Shown one piece after another: positions 24,582-36,329 of a DNA stretch of 64,000 nucleotides. Every line of letters starts with the position of its first letter. The first letter of the stretch is position 1. Both the position numbers and the translations under genes were made by a program. The stretch spans positions 1 to 64,000 of the forward strand of contig JAUCBJ010007607.1 in the NCBI GenBank assembly GCA_032718475.1, written 5' to 3'. The notes beneath the pieces are model-generated. The model saw nothing but the letters and a program-made list of their open reading frames with translations, was not told the DNA's origin and ran no database searches. The DNA is from Nemertoderma westbladi. Taxonomy: Eukaryota > Animalia > Xenacoelomorpha.

Positions 24582-27500
24582 TTATTTACTAGTATTAGGT
24601 GGAGATTTGTAGTCTCCAGACTCGTTACGAGTCTCTTCAAGAAGTACGAGACGTTGAGTCGGTCTGTCAACTGTACGACCGTCAATTGTCCGTACTGTCA
24701 CAGTTCTTGTCACTCCATCCATAGATGGATGTGTGGCTAAAATTACACCTGTTATCCAGAAGCGTCTTTTTAGATTCACTTCCGCTAACAGCACGTGATC
24801 TCCCGGCTTTAATGCGCGGGTGTTATTGTACCAAGTTGTTCTGGCAGAAATAGAGGGCAAATAATGGTTTTGCCATATTTCCCAGAATTTGTTAGCCAGT
24901 AGTTGCGTGATTTTCCACGCTTTTCTACCGTAGCTGTCGCTTTCTGTTGGAATAGAAATAGGCATTAATGTAGTCGGTGCCTGCATAAGCAGGTGTGCAG
25001 GTGTTAATGCAAACTGGGATTGTTTGTCATCGGGTACTAATACTATTGGTCTAGTATTTAGTATTGCCTCGATTTCAACAAACAGTGTTGTCAGTTGGTC
25101 GTCTGTCAATATGTGGTTTACTGGAATGACTTTTGCCATTGCCGTCTTTATAGATCTAATCAATCTCTCCCAGACTCCGCCTCTCCATGGACTATCTGGA
25201 GGATTAAACTTCCAAACAATCTTGTGAGGTTGTAGTTCGTTTGAGATTTGATCATGATCTAATTTCTTAAAGGCTCTAGCAATCTCATTTCGAGCACCAA
25301 CAAAGTTTGTCCCTTGGTCTGAGTACAAGCATTTTACTAGTCCGCGTCTAGCGATAAATCGCCGCAATGCTAGTATAAACGCGTTGGTGGAAAGATCCAT
25401 CACACGTTCAATATGAACTGCCCTACTGGACATACATGTGAAAATCAGTCCCCAGCGTTTTACTAGTATACGTCCACGTTTCGTATGTATGGGACCAAAG
25501 CAATCAATTCCAGTCTCTGTAAAAGGTGGTCTGAATGCTTGAAGTCGTGCTTGTGGAAGTTCACTCATTTCTTGGGTACCTATTCTAGAATGTACCTTTT
25601 TACAAATAATACACGTACGTGTCACTGAACTTAACGCTTTACTGGGTCTAATTAATACAAATCTTGTACGTAAGTAGGAAAGACAGTGGTGTCTTCCAGC
25701 GTGTTTCAGATGTAAATGTGCGTCCAGTATCATTGCACGTTGTAGTTCGTGATGTTGCGGTATTATTATTGGGTATCTAAAGTTTGTGTTAAAGTCAATG
25801 TTTTGAAGCCGAGATTTATGACAAATTAAGCCATTATAAATTATCGGACTCCAACTCAATATTGGTGACGACTTGATTGGTTGACCTTGATTTATAGATG
25901 TGAATTCGCGCGCGAAATATCGCAGTTGGTAATGGCGAATTAATTTAATTTCACACCTGTCAATCTCAGCCAATGTAAGTCGACGTGTAAAGTCGCGTTT
26001 GCCTTTTAACGTATTGTACAAAACGTACAATCCACGCTAATTTTCGGCAGGCATTCGTCCAAGAGTCTGTTAAGTTTACAATACGGTCGACGTAAGTATT
26101 TGTGACGTCATCAGGTAAGTCAATGGAGATTTTGGAAGGTTTTGATTTACTAGAAGGGCCCACGGGTCCGCCGGTAAGTATTCCCTTGTTGACTGTTGAT
26201 CCGTCCGGGTCTACAAGTAATTTGTCCTTCTTCGTCTTCTTACCTTGATTGTCAGTACTTTGTAAGTCGATCGTTAATGGTGGTTTGAACTCTATGGGGT
26301 CAGTGGGTTTCGGTAAGCTTATTTTTCTGCCGATATTAATCCCAGGTTTCACCATAGGTTGCAAGTTCGGTATGTCTCTTGAGCGCAAAGTAACACCTGT
26401 ATTTACATTAGCGTAGGTACTACCCACATCTGTAATACATGAGGTTTCACCGTGCTTATGGTTGCTCAAGTGCGTCAAAATTTTGTAGTTTGTCAATAGA
26501 AGGCCGCTCCAATAGGGAAACTGCGGCTTTATTGTTTGTCAATATGTTACTAGTGTCTGGTATATCATTTTGTGACATGTCTGGTAAAATGTTTCGCGGA
26601 ACATCCGGCGAAACATCTAGTGACGTGTCTGGCAAAACGTCTGGTTGGCCGTCTAGTAACGCGTCTGGTGATACGTCTGGCGATATGTCTGGTGTAGAAA
26701 GGCTCGCAAGTCTTCCTCTCTTGACCTTTGAAGTTATATCTTTCCATTTCGCCTTCGGTTTCTTCTTGAGTTTAGCCGCCGTTGTCTTTTTCTTTGCCTT
26801 CCCCTTTTTTGATTTCTTGATTTCGGCGTCCTTAGGGATAGTGTTAGAATTGTTGTCATATAACGGTGGCCAATCTTGTGTCGATTTCTGCAAGAATTGG
26901 GGTCCGTGTTGCCAAAATTCTTTGTTCTCCGGTTTACAGAATTCCTCAGGCATCATTCCTCGCGACGCAATATCGGCTGGGTTTTGTGGTCCGGGACAAT
27001 GTCGCCAATCTTCTTTTATTGAACGGTCTAGAATTTCCGCGCGACGGTTAGCTACGAATGTCTTGAATTCAAGTGTGTCGTTGTTTATGTAAAATAAAAC
27101 CAACGTCGCGTCAGTCCAATAAAATATCTGTAAACTTGACTGTAGTTCTGTCTGTATAAGGTTCACAATTGTGGTTGACAGTGTTGCGGCTTGTAGCTCA
27201 GCTCGTGGTGTCGTCATATACTTAGTAGGCATTGTTTTTGCCTTAGAAGTAATGAGCGAAACATCGAATTCTTCTGAGTCTACTTGTCTGCGCAAGTACG
27301 CTGCCACACCAAAACCGTTGTCACTGGCGTCAGAAAAACAATGTAATTCCAAGTTGTCAGGAAATGTTGTTTGTAATGGAAAGTAGACTCTGGGTATGGA
27401 ATAATCCTCTAGCGAAGATAATTCTGCCTCCCAGGTCTTCCATAAGTCCACTTGGTCTGATGAGATCGGCTCGTCCCATGTCAGTCCATCCTTCCAAATA

Positions 27501-29587
27501 CTGCGCATATAAATGCGGGCTTGCAGTATTATTGGACTGATGAATCCTAATGGATCGAACAATCGGCTCAATTTTGACAAGCATGATCTCTTTGTCAGTG
27601 TGTTTTCTTGACTGTCCAGTCTCACCTTTACTCGAAAGTTGTCCGTGTTTGGGTCCCAAAAGAGCCCCAACACCTTGGTCGTCGGTAGTGGTTCGAACTC
27701 TAGGTCTATGTCACCACCTCCACGCTCAGTCGTTCCAAATGAGTCTACTAATTCGGCACTGTTTGAGGCGAATTTGGTGAGGTTAAAACCTCCGCCCGCT
27801 AAGCAGTCCCGTAATTGATGTGCTACTGTTGTAGCACGTTCTACTGTGTCGCAACTCTGTAAACCGTCGTCGACGTAAAAGTCACGCTCCACAATCCTAA
27901 TTATCTCTGGGTCATATAAATGTTTCTGATCCCTAGCGGCTTGTTTTAGGGCGTACATCGTACAGTTTGGGCTGTCTCTGGCACCGAAAACGCGAACTTG
28001 CATTTGGTAAGTTGCCGGTGGTAGACTTAAGTCTCCTTCCGGGTACCAGAGGAACCTCAAACTGTCTCTGTCTTGCTCTAACGCTTTCACTTGGTGAAAC
28101 ATAGCTTCAACGTCACAAGTAAAAGCTACTTGACGCTGACGGAAGCGCATAATCACCCCCATAAGATAATTATTCATGTTTGGTCCATCCATCAACTCGC
28201 TATTTAGGGACATTCCCTCAAACAGAGCCGTACAGTCATTGACTACACGTACTTTGTCTGGTTTGTCGGGGTGTCTCACGTAGTGATGTGGCAAGTAGTA
28301 CGTCTGGTCAGTTACTATCTCTGGGTTAGTCATTCGGATAGCGTATCCCTTGGTCAAATACGTCTCCATCTGAGTGTTGTACTGCAGATGGGCTTTCTCG
28401 TCCTTTAATAGACGTTGCCGTATTGAGTGTAGACGTCTTAAAGCTAGTGGGTAGTTATTTATAAGTTTAGGACTTTGGCTACGCCATAACATCCCCACCT
28501 CATAATGTCTGTCTTTCGTCTGGCGGATAGTATCTTCCATGATCCTCAAAGATTGTTTCTCCTGTTCCGACATACATGGTTCGTAGCTACCAGGTTCAGC
28601 TGTATCTTGTTCTAACCACCTGATAGTCTTCTCCGTTAATTCTTTGTCCAATGCGGCTTGTTCCACTTGATGATTTCTCAACGCGTCATCATCGATATCG
28701 ACGGGCATTGTTGAGGTTGTTGGGGTAGGTAGACTCGCAAGCCTTCCGGCGTTATCATCTGTCGTCGATGGAATCTCTGGCTGACTCGTCTTCTCCCCAA
28801 GTTCTAAACTCACCTGGTGGATTAGCTGCTCCTTGTGACTTATCATACTAGTTACACGTCTGTCATGTCTTGTATGTAAGGTAGTATGGTCCACGTCGTG
28901 TGAAAAGGAATGAATTGAATTTGTAGTTAATAAACTACATGTACTTTGTACATCGTCTTCCTCGTCACTTATGTCTAGTGTGCGCACAGGCGCTCGAGTA
29001 TACCACCCTATCGGCGTTCTACAGGCGTATGCGTTTCCCGCTACGACTGCCGATGGTCTGGTTTCCCACACTTGATGTAGATTGAATTGGTCTGTCCCGA
29101 TCAGCATTGCTACCGATCTATAATTGACAGGACATTCAGGTACACCAAGGTTTCTGAAATACTTACGGTCCTCCAAGGATTGTTCTGGGACAGGACCTAG
29201 TAGGTTACTAAAGTCTTTTGTGGCCGCAAAAGTCAAATCCTTGAAGGGTAACAAAGACCTCTCCTTTTCGCTGTGTTGCGATTTTGGAAGAAGAGTGTCT
29301 AAGTTTAACTTAACTCGTGTCACTGGTATTGCATGTTGTCCGTGCATACTACTTACGGTATAGCTGACGCGCTTACCTTGTTTGAGATCCGTCACTACAT
29401 CAGCTATCTGTTCATCCACGTAGCTGTGAGATGAGGCTGAATCCAGGATAGCGTAGATTCTCTTGCTCCCCTTTGTGCCAGTAATCTTAATCGGAATTAC
29501 ACTGAATCCCTTTAGTTGGTCAGTCGTCAGAAGCGCGATCGATGGTTGTTCGTCTCCATCAGAATATACGTCGTCGTCTTCTGACTA
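24582..29587 (-). pseudogene. pol: BEL/Pao pol: aspartic protease, RT, RNase H, low-complexity linker, integrase; frameshifts near 26470 and 26000
   Basis: YAILDSAS (about 29440), YLPHHYV, FYVDD, LHCFSDAS, WRHCPGPQNPADIASRG, HHCC region, GIDCFGP, SDQGTNFVGA, PWRGGVWERLIRSIK. In frame with gag across a TAG at 29585-29587. Confidence 0.93.
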
Positions 29588-32500
29588 TTCGTCCGACGAT
29601 CCGGATTGTTCTGAGAAGCAATCCTTTATATGTGTCACAAAGGTCGGAGTCATTTTCGATTCTCGAATTTTGTAGGCCGCATCACATCTCGCTGCTGCTT
29701 CCGGGTGTTCCCTGGCGAAGCGTTTTGTCGGCGTGTGGCTGTCTGTGTGGAGCAGACCGTCGTGGTTGCGTCCACAGGATGGACAAGTGTCGGTATTTGG
29801 GCAATCTTTACGGACGTGTCCGTGTCGCGTACACCGCCAACAAGAGTCCAATGGCCGTATCTGCAGCCGTCGTTCTTCCGAATTTAACTCGCGAAACTGT
29901 CGACAACCTCTCAACTTGTGACCGATATACCGCTTGCCCAAATGCTCGCAGTATTGGCAGCCACTGAAGTCGGTACTGAGTTGCTGTCTCGTCTGTTTTG
30001 TCCCAATGGGCGCAGATACCCTACTACCGTCCGAGAATTGTCGTGATTCCGTCGGTGTGGCGTAAGTGGCCGTCTTAGTGGATGTTGTCTGGGGTTTTTG
30101 TCGGTTTGAGGATGGCAAGGTGATTCCTTCTGCCACGATGTGCTGGTCAGTGTAGTTGGATCGAGTTTCTACTACTGCTTCCCTGGATATCAAAAGGTAC
30201 ACATCCTCCAGTTTTAAGAATCCACCCCGCTCTTCCCGCTGGTATTCGATCTTTCTCCACTCCCGACGAAGTCGATGGTGGAGTCGTCCTATGATCTTTA
30301 ATAGGACTGTAGGGGTATTCCCGTAGTCAAGTTGTCCAATGGATCTTAAAGTAGTGATAGCGTTCTTTATCTCGTCAGCCAGTTTCAATAAGTCGACGGG
30401 TTTAGTAATAGCCCCTCCCTTACAGAGTTCCTCTATCACTGACCTGGCCATGCTGACTGTACCTCCGTATATCGAAGTTAAACGATCGTACGCTAGTTTG
30501 AAAGCGTCCGGTACACCAACGAAGGTCTCCGCCAAACGTTTAGGTTCTCCTGACAACGTTTGAAGCAGGTAATTAAACTTCTCCCGTGATGTAAAGGCGC
30601 ACACGGCGATCTGAGATTCGATATAGTCTACGAAAGTGTGCCAGTGTTTTGAACTACCGGAAAACTTCGGTGGTTGTTGTACCGGCAATCCCTGTCTGGC
30701 TGCGAATTTCGCTATCTCCTCGGCAACGTTCAGAGTTTCGCGTCCTTGGTTGGTAATCTGGTTGATATCCCTTCTTGGCGCTTTTCCCTGATATGATGTG
30801 TGTTTTGAAGGTACCGGTCTTTGTGGTTCCTTCGGGTGTCTATTGTGTTCGAATTCAGTGTTCCTCGAACTATCGGTTTGAACTTCCTCCAGACGTTCCT
30901 CAATCCGGGCCAACTTGTTGACAATGTCGGCGAATTGTTGTGTACTGATTGCGTCCGTTGGTTGTAACGCCTTTTGTGTTGGTGTATTTTGTGGAGGATT
31001 GTCTGCAGTCTGAACGCTCGCGTTTGTATTCATCGGCCGCCCCTGTTCTAAATACCTCGCGTTTCGGGTAATCCGATTCGCTCGAAGTACTACTATCATC
31101 TGGATATGGTGGTCGACGTGCTCGCGTCCGTTGCGTCGTACGAATTCTAACGTTTCGCTTTGGAACATCGTCCACTGGTCTCCGTTGTTCGGTAGGCTCA
31201 CAAGTCTTCCTCGAAGTCGTAGATTGCGATGTAAACTGGTTGAACGGTCGCGTATCCACTGGTCTCCGTTGTTCGGTAGGCTCACAAGTCTTCCTCGAAG
31301 TCGTAGATTGCGATGCAAACTGAACCGGTGGGCGAATGACAGCATTTGAATCAACTGGCCTTGTAGGTCGAAACGTCATTGGGTAAGCGTAGTGTGTAAC
31401 GGGTTTAGGTGTCGACGGTGGACTCACCTGTTTAGTCGTCAGTAATACAGGTTCGACTAATAAACTACTACGATCTGTAATCGGCGGGTTACTTACCTTG
31501 ACTTTCGGAATAGGCGATGACGTTGCTCTTGGCGGTGTAAACTTGTCCGGAATAACAAACCTGTGTTCCGTCGCACCATGGATAGGAGAAATATTACTAC
31601 TACCAGCAATCGAAACAGGTTCCTTAGTCGTAACCGGTGCAAACATAGGAGTTACTTGTGGGAATCGTTGACACAAGTCTTTTACTAATTGTCGTTCCCG
31701 TCCGGGTGCTCCTACGCTTCCTTCCTTCTTTCGTTCCTGAATTTGGCGATGTCTTACCTCTAACTGGTCCAAATCATGTCCGTCACGAGATCTCATCGAT
31801 CGATCGCGGGCTTGTAGATCCAGATCTTCCTTCGCGTTGGCTAATTCTCTCGCCTTCTTCCCGAGTTCGAAATGAAGTTTAACTTCCTTCTCGCGTTGTT
31901 CCGTCTGTTGTTGTTGCGCCTCGAACTCCGCTTGTCGTATAGCTGATTGAGCCTTTATTTGCCGTTTTTTCATCTCGGCTCTCGCTTCTGAAACTAACCT
32001 TTGTCGTTCTAGCTCGGCCGCTGCTGCTGCCGCCGCCGCTTGTCGCTCTAACTCAGCCACTGCCGCTGCCACCGCCGCTTGTCGCTCTAACTCAGCCGCT
32101 GCCGCTGCCGCCGTTTGTTGTGCAATGTCCAACTCTAACCTTTCCATCTCGGCTGCTTCCAACTCGGCTTGTTCTTGCAGATGAGAGATTCTTGCAACAT
32201 TCGCAATGCGTAGTTTCTCTTCTTGTACGGCTGCTTGTGCCATTAGCAGTTGAGTTTGTTCCTCCATCTCCTGTTGTTGTCTGTAGAGCTGCTGTTGTCG
32301 AGCAATTTCTGACGTAGCCATACTCACCTCGCCAATTTCGCTGCGAATACTCACCAGTGATTGATTTAGTGTTCCCGGTGCCAGTTCGATTTGTGCGAGC
32401 GAAGTTTCCCTCGTAGCCTCCGGCACGGTTTCCCAATCTCCGACGTCCTCGCCGCACATACGTAAGTGATCCGTCAGGTGTTTCAATTGTCCATCCAGTC

Positions 32501-33119
32501 GGTACAGTTCCTGTTCTTCCTCGGGTTGCAATAATTCGTCTGAAACTGACTCACCTAACAACTGGTCCGCTTGTTCCTGTTGTATCTGCCTAATCGTCGA
32601 CTTAAACTGAATCAGTTTCTCTCTAGCGATCATTAGTTTCTCGAGGATTCTAAGTTGAGTATCCATGTCCTGTCTCTGTCTAGCTAGATCTTGTAGACCA
32701 ATAAGGTTATCTACGGACTTGTGTGCTCTACTTTGTACTCTAACCTGGAGGGTGTAGAACTCGAATCGAGACATCGGAGCGGTCAACTCGTTTAATATGC
32801 GTTGGCCTTCTCCAATACTCCTGGTTATATGCGCCATGTATCCTCCGACGCTTCTAACCACACTTTCTGTGCTTCCTGCTGAACTTACCATGTCCGTTTC
32901 CCTATATCTAGGTTGCGGAACAGTTAGAAAGTCCTCGGTCCTGCCGTCGCCTCGTACTACGGCATCCGGTACTCCCGTTGGATGTACTGGTGACGCACAC
33001 GGTGTAGGTTCGGTAGGCTCGCGAGTCTTCCCCTGTTGTTCTTCCGCTGCTGACTTATCCGCGTCACATGAGTCATAGTCGGTAGGTGTATTCTTCGTAT
33101 AGTCTTGTTTGTCACTCAT
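29585..33119 (-). pseudogene. gag: BEL/Pao gag with Ala/Glu/Gln coiled coil, capsid-like region and Cys/His knuckles; one frameshift around 31000-31100
   Basis: ORFs 33119-30900 and 31354-29585. PPKFSGSSKHW...EKFNYLLQTLSGEPK (DUF1759-type), CWRCTRHGHVRKDC, CPSCGRNHDGLLH. An 84-bp tandem duplication at about 31170-31325. Confidence 0.9.
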
Positions 33120-33202
33120 TTCGGTAGTTGTAAGTCAAGTAAAGTGAGTGTCAAAGTATCAAACTTACCGTATTTGTATAAAACGGTACTAATTACAGTC
33201 AT

Positions 33203-33328
33203 ATAAAATTAGCCTACCGGCCGATTTTATAGCAGATGGATAAAATTAGCCTAAACGGCCAATTTTACAGCAAATAAATGTCACGGAATAAGTATATAAT
33301 AAAATTAGCCTAGCGGCCAATTTTATAA
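33203..33328 (-). promoter_or_regulatory. Three repeated stem-loops in the 5' leader of BEL element 1
   Basis: TAAAATTAGCC-N4/5-GGCCRATTTTA at about 33204, 33241 and 33300. Confidence 0.65.
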
Positions 33329-33917
33329 CAAATAAATCGGATAACGATATGCGTTATCAAAAGGTAAATTAAATACAATAATACGGACTAATTCAGCAAT
33401 GAACAAAGAAATCATACGGAATGCATAAATACTTGAGACAGTGGAACCCACAATAATTTTAACTAATACGGTAATGCCTAACTTATTTATGCAACTTTTC
33501 GAACTCACCCACTCCAATAATTCTCCAGAAAAACAGATTCCCAGATACAAACCGAACGTGAACCTTTCCGTTTTTAACGTTGCGGACGAAGCGCGATTTT
33601 CCCAACCAAAGTTGTTGAGTTATCTATCTCCCAAACTTGCTAAACACGGTCTTGCTCCCGTTACAGTCTAGAAATGAGTTCTGAATCCTGAAAAACAAAA
33701 GAGTTAGGTTTTACTTTTACGAAAATTTTGTACCGGTACAATATGGTATTTAAACCCTTTTAAACACCGGTATTCAATTCCAAAATATATTTTACACGCG
33801 GTTCAAATCAAATTTTATTTCAAAAAATTAGCACTTAGCTAATCAAATATAAACTTTTACCTCAAAATACAAAATTTTCAAATAACTTTAGTCCTACCGA
33901 ACCGTAGTTCAGTAAAA

Positions 33918-33928
33918 CACATTCCTAC
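33918..33928 (-). other. Primer-binding-site position: GTAGGAATGTG, non-tRNA type, complementary to the element's own LTR
   Basis: Immediately follows the 5' LTR; lacks the TGG expected for pairing with tRNA CCA; exact reverse complement at 34966-34976 and 20519-20529. Confidence 0.7.
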
Positions 33929-35837
33929 TATTGGAAGAGACAGTAACAATACCTGCAATATCCTACTGTAAAGTTTGTGAATCAAATCATAAATCCGACC
34001 TTCTCACCAAAACAGTAAACTCTAAGTAAGCGAATATATTGCAGTATCGATCTCTTATAACCGGTGAGGCAGAAAACAGTCTACGAGCAGACAAACTTCG
34101 ATAAAACAAAATCCCGCGCAGCGAATCCTAAAATCAGGCTGACTCACTGACGGACTAAGGGGCTCGTATACTTTGCCGCGGTGTGATTTATATGGTTGGG
34201 CGAAAGGGACGCTAGCTAGGTACAGAGGCAGAGATTTGGAGATGTCTAACTAGCGGGCAAAGCACAGTACGGACAAAAGTTAATTTTATATATTTTGAGG
34301 TGTAAATAATTTCTAACGCGCGCGTGTGTTAATTCTGAACGGTCAAAGGCAGTTTTGCTCCTTCACATATATAATTACTGGGTACGGTGTGCATTTTACG
34401 AATATTCTAATTTTGTAACTTGTAGTTCCAATACTCACGAATGATAAGGTTCCTTCCCCTCTTGCGTATTTCCAGGACTCAAATTCAGGCATAAGGTTAA
34501 TGCTACGCCCAGAATTCGGCAATTTTAATTTACCAGGCCCCTAATACTAAGAAGAAATGTGTTAGTTTACTACAGTAGGCGTACTGTTACTAATAGCTAT
34601 CCTGGCGTCCTATCTAGAATTTTAGTCACCTAGGTAGGCTGGGTAACTTCCTATCAGGACGTTGGCGGGGACACGGTAGATGTTAGTATATCCCTAATAG
34701 CCTCAATTTATTTGCGCCTAGTTGTAAACTGCCCTACCGCCTGAACGGTACAATCCCAATTCAGGTGAAAACACAGCAACCCTCCTAGCCTACAAGTTCT
34801 AATGCAATGGACACTGTTGTACTGCAAATAGTCGCAAACGCACCTGTACTTAGCAAGAGTTAGGCGTACAGTTTGCTGCACCCTACCAATGTGTATGCTG
34901 CGTACCGGTGTGCCTACGTCCTATCTGCGTACTAGTATCTGCCTGCTCTCTCTCCCTCCCCCCCCGTAGGAATGTGAAGGTCTACTGTGTTTTTTCCTGA
35001 ATTAAGACAGTACAGTCCCTAAGATGTAATTTTAGGCTCACAGCGTGTCACTACTTCTACCTTTTGATCTTTGGTCTTACGCTTAGGTAGCAAGGCGTCG
35101 AACGCTGTCTAACCTTTCAGGCGATGGGCGAATAACTGAGATGATATTGCGGGTTGTCTCTTGTCTACATTCCCGTGATGTTCCCGTTCATTGCTGCGGC
35201 CCGATCTCTAGCCGGCCATCCTGTTCTTAAGTGTGTTCACCGTAGTGAATCATGGTGAAAAGAAAGCAGATAGCGGTATTTCTGAATTTATTGCAGATAA
35301 TAATACAAAATGTAATCTGAAAACTAATGACAGAATAAACAAATATCAAATAACTCAGAAGTTAGTGAAGAGTAGAGTGAATAATCTGACTAATGAACAA
35401 ATCGCACCTTTATATAGCAAATTTGTGCTGCAATCAATCGAGAAAATTCTCGATTGTTCTATAGGTTCTAACAGGTTTTTAAAGATAGCTATTGGTCCAG
35501 CTAATATATAACTTGCACGACATTGGTTACAATCTAATAACTGCAGTCTCATTGGTTAATCTAGGTACAAACAAATGCAATTTAATTTGTAGCGGTCAAT
35601 TTAAATGAGTTGAAATTCTGCACAAAAAATAATTCGCACTTACTAGGATTCGAACTCAATACCTACTACACATATAATTTCCAACGCTCTACTGACTGAG
35701 CTACTGAACCACTTGACTAAAGGTCGTACAATAGATATAATAAATACAAATGAGGACTCAAAGTAATCTTTTACAAAGTTAATTCGAATAAAATAAAATT
35801 TTGAAAATCCACGGCATTTAGGGAATATAATTCTATA
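33929..35837 (-). repeat. 5' LTR (1909 bp) of BEL element 1
   Basis: Direct repeat of 19523-21391; element-strand AATAAA at 34707-34712; Inr-like TCACATT at 34977-34971. Confidence 0.95.
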
Positions 35838-36329
35838 ACGATCTATAAACACGTTGTGGGTGGGGGGCTCCGCGCAGTACGAGAAACAATTAGCCACGAG
35901 CATCGCGAATCTTATACAATACCACGAAATACTCCAAGTGCTGCGCGAAGTTTGTCTCTCACGTTTTATGCGAAGCTTGTACAATGCATCATTGTATTTT
36001 ACCTGTCAAGTGTCTAATATCTGCCACTACTTATAGTCAATGTAAGTATGCTGCCCGCTCTGTCACGAGTTAGGGAATTAAAGGGTCTTCATTTCTTTGA
36101 GCATCTCCTCTATCCAAAGATATTGTCAAATGTTATGCTCTAACTCGAAATTAATAAAATGAAATACAGAGTCTTTTTAGAAAGGGATTTAAAACTTTAT
36201 AGGCTTACAACTTTTCTAAAACGGAAGATCTTATCATCAACGACATAACAAAGATGCATCTATGATGTGGGGCGAGCAACATTGTAGGCGAACCTCTATA
36301 ACATACGAGACAATTTATGTCATTTGGAA

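Larger units (their letters stand above)
19523..35837 (-). mobile_element. Complete BEL/Pao LTR retrotransposon (16.3 kb), 5-bp TSD ACGAT
   Basis: Two near-identical LTRs; ACGAT at 19518-19522 and 35838-35842; gag-PR-RT-RH-IN order with Pao-type motifs. Confidence 0.95.

Noticed and set aside
26439-27092. 217-aa plus-strand ORF and other antisense ORFs over gag/pol
   Set aside because: Antisense shadows of the polyprotein with no independent motifs.
35843-35851. Alternative canonical LTR end at ...AAACA (35851 and 21407)
   Set aside because: LTR identity breaks at 35837/21391 and no TSD fits this boundary, whereas ACGAT fits the TA boundary exactly.
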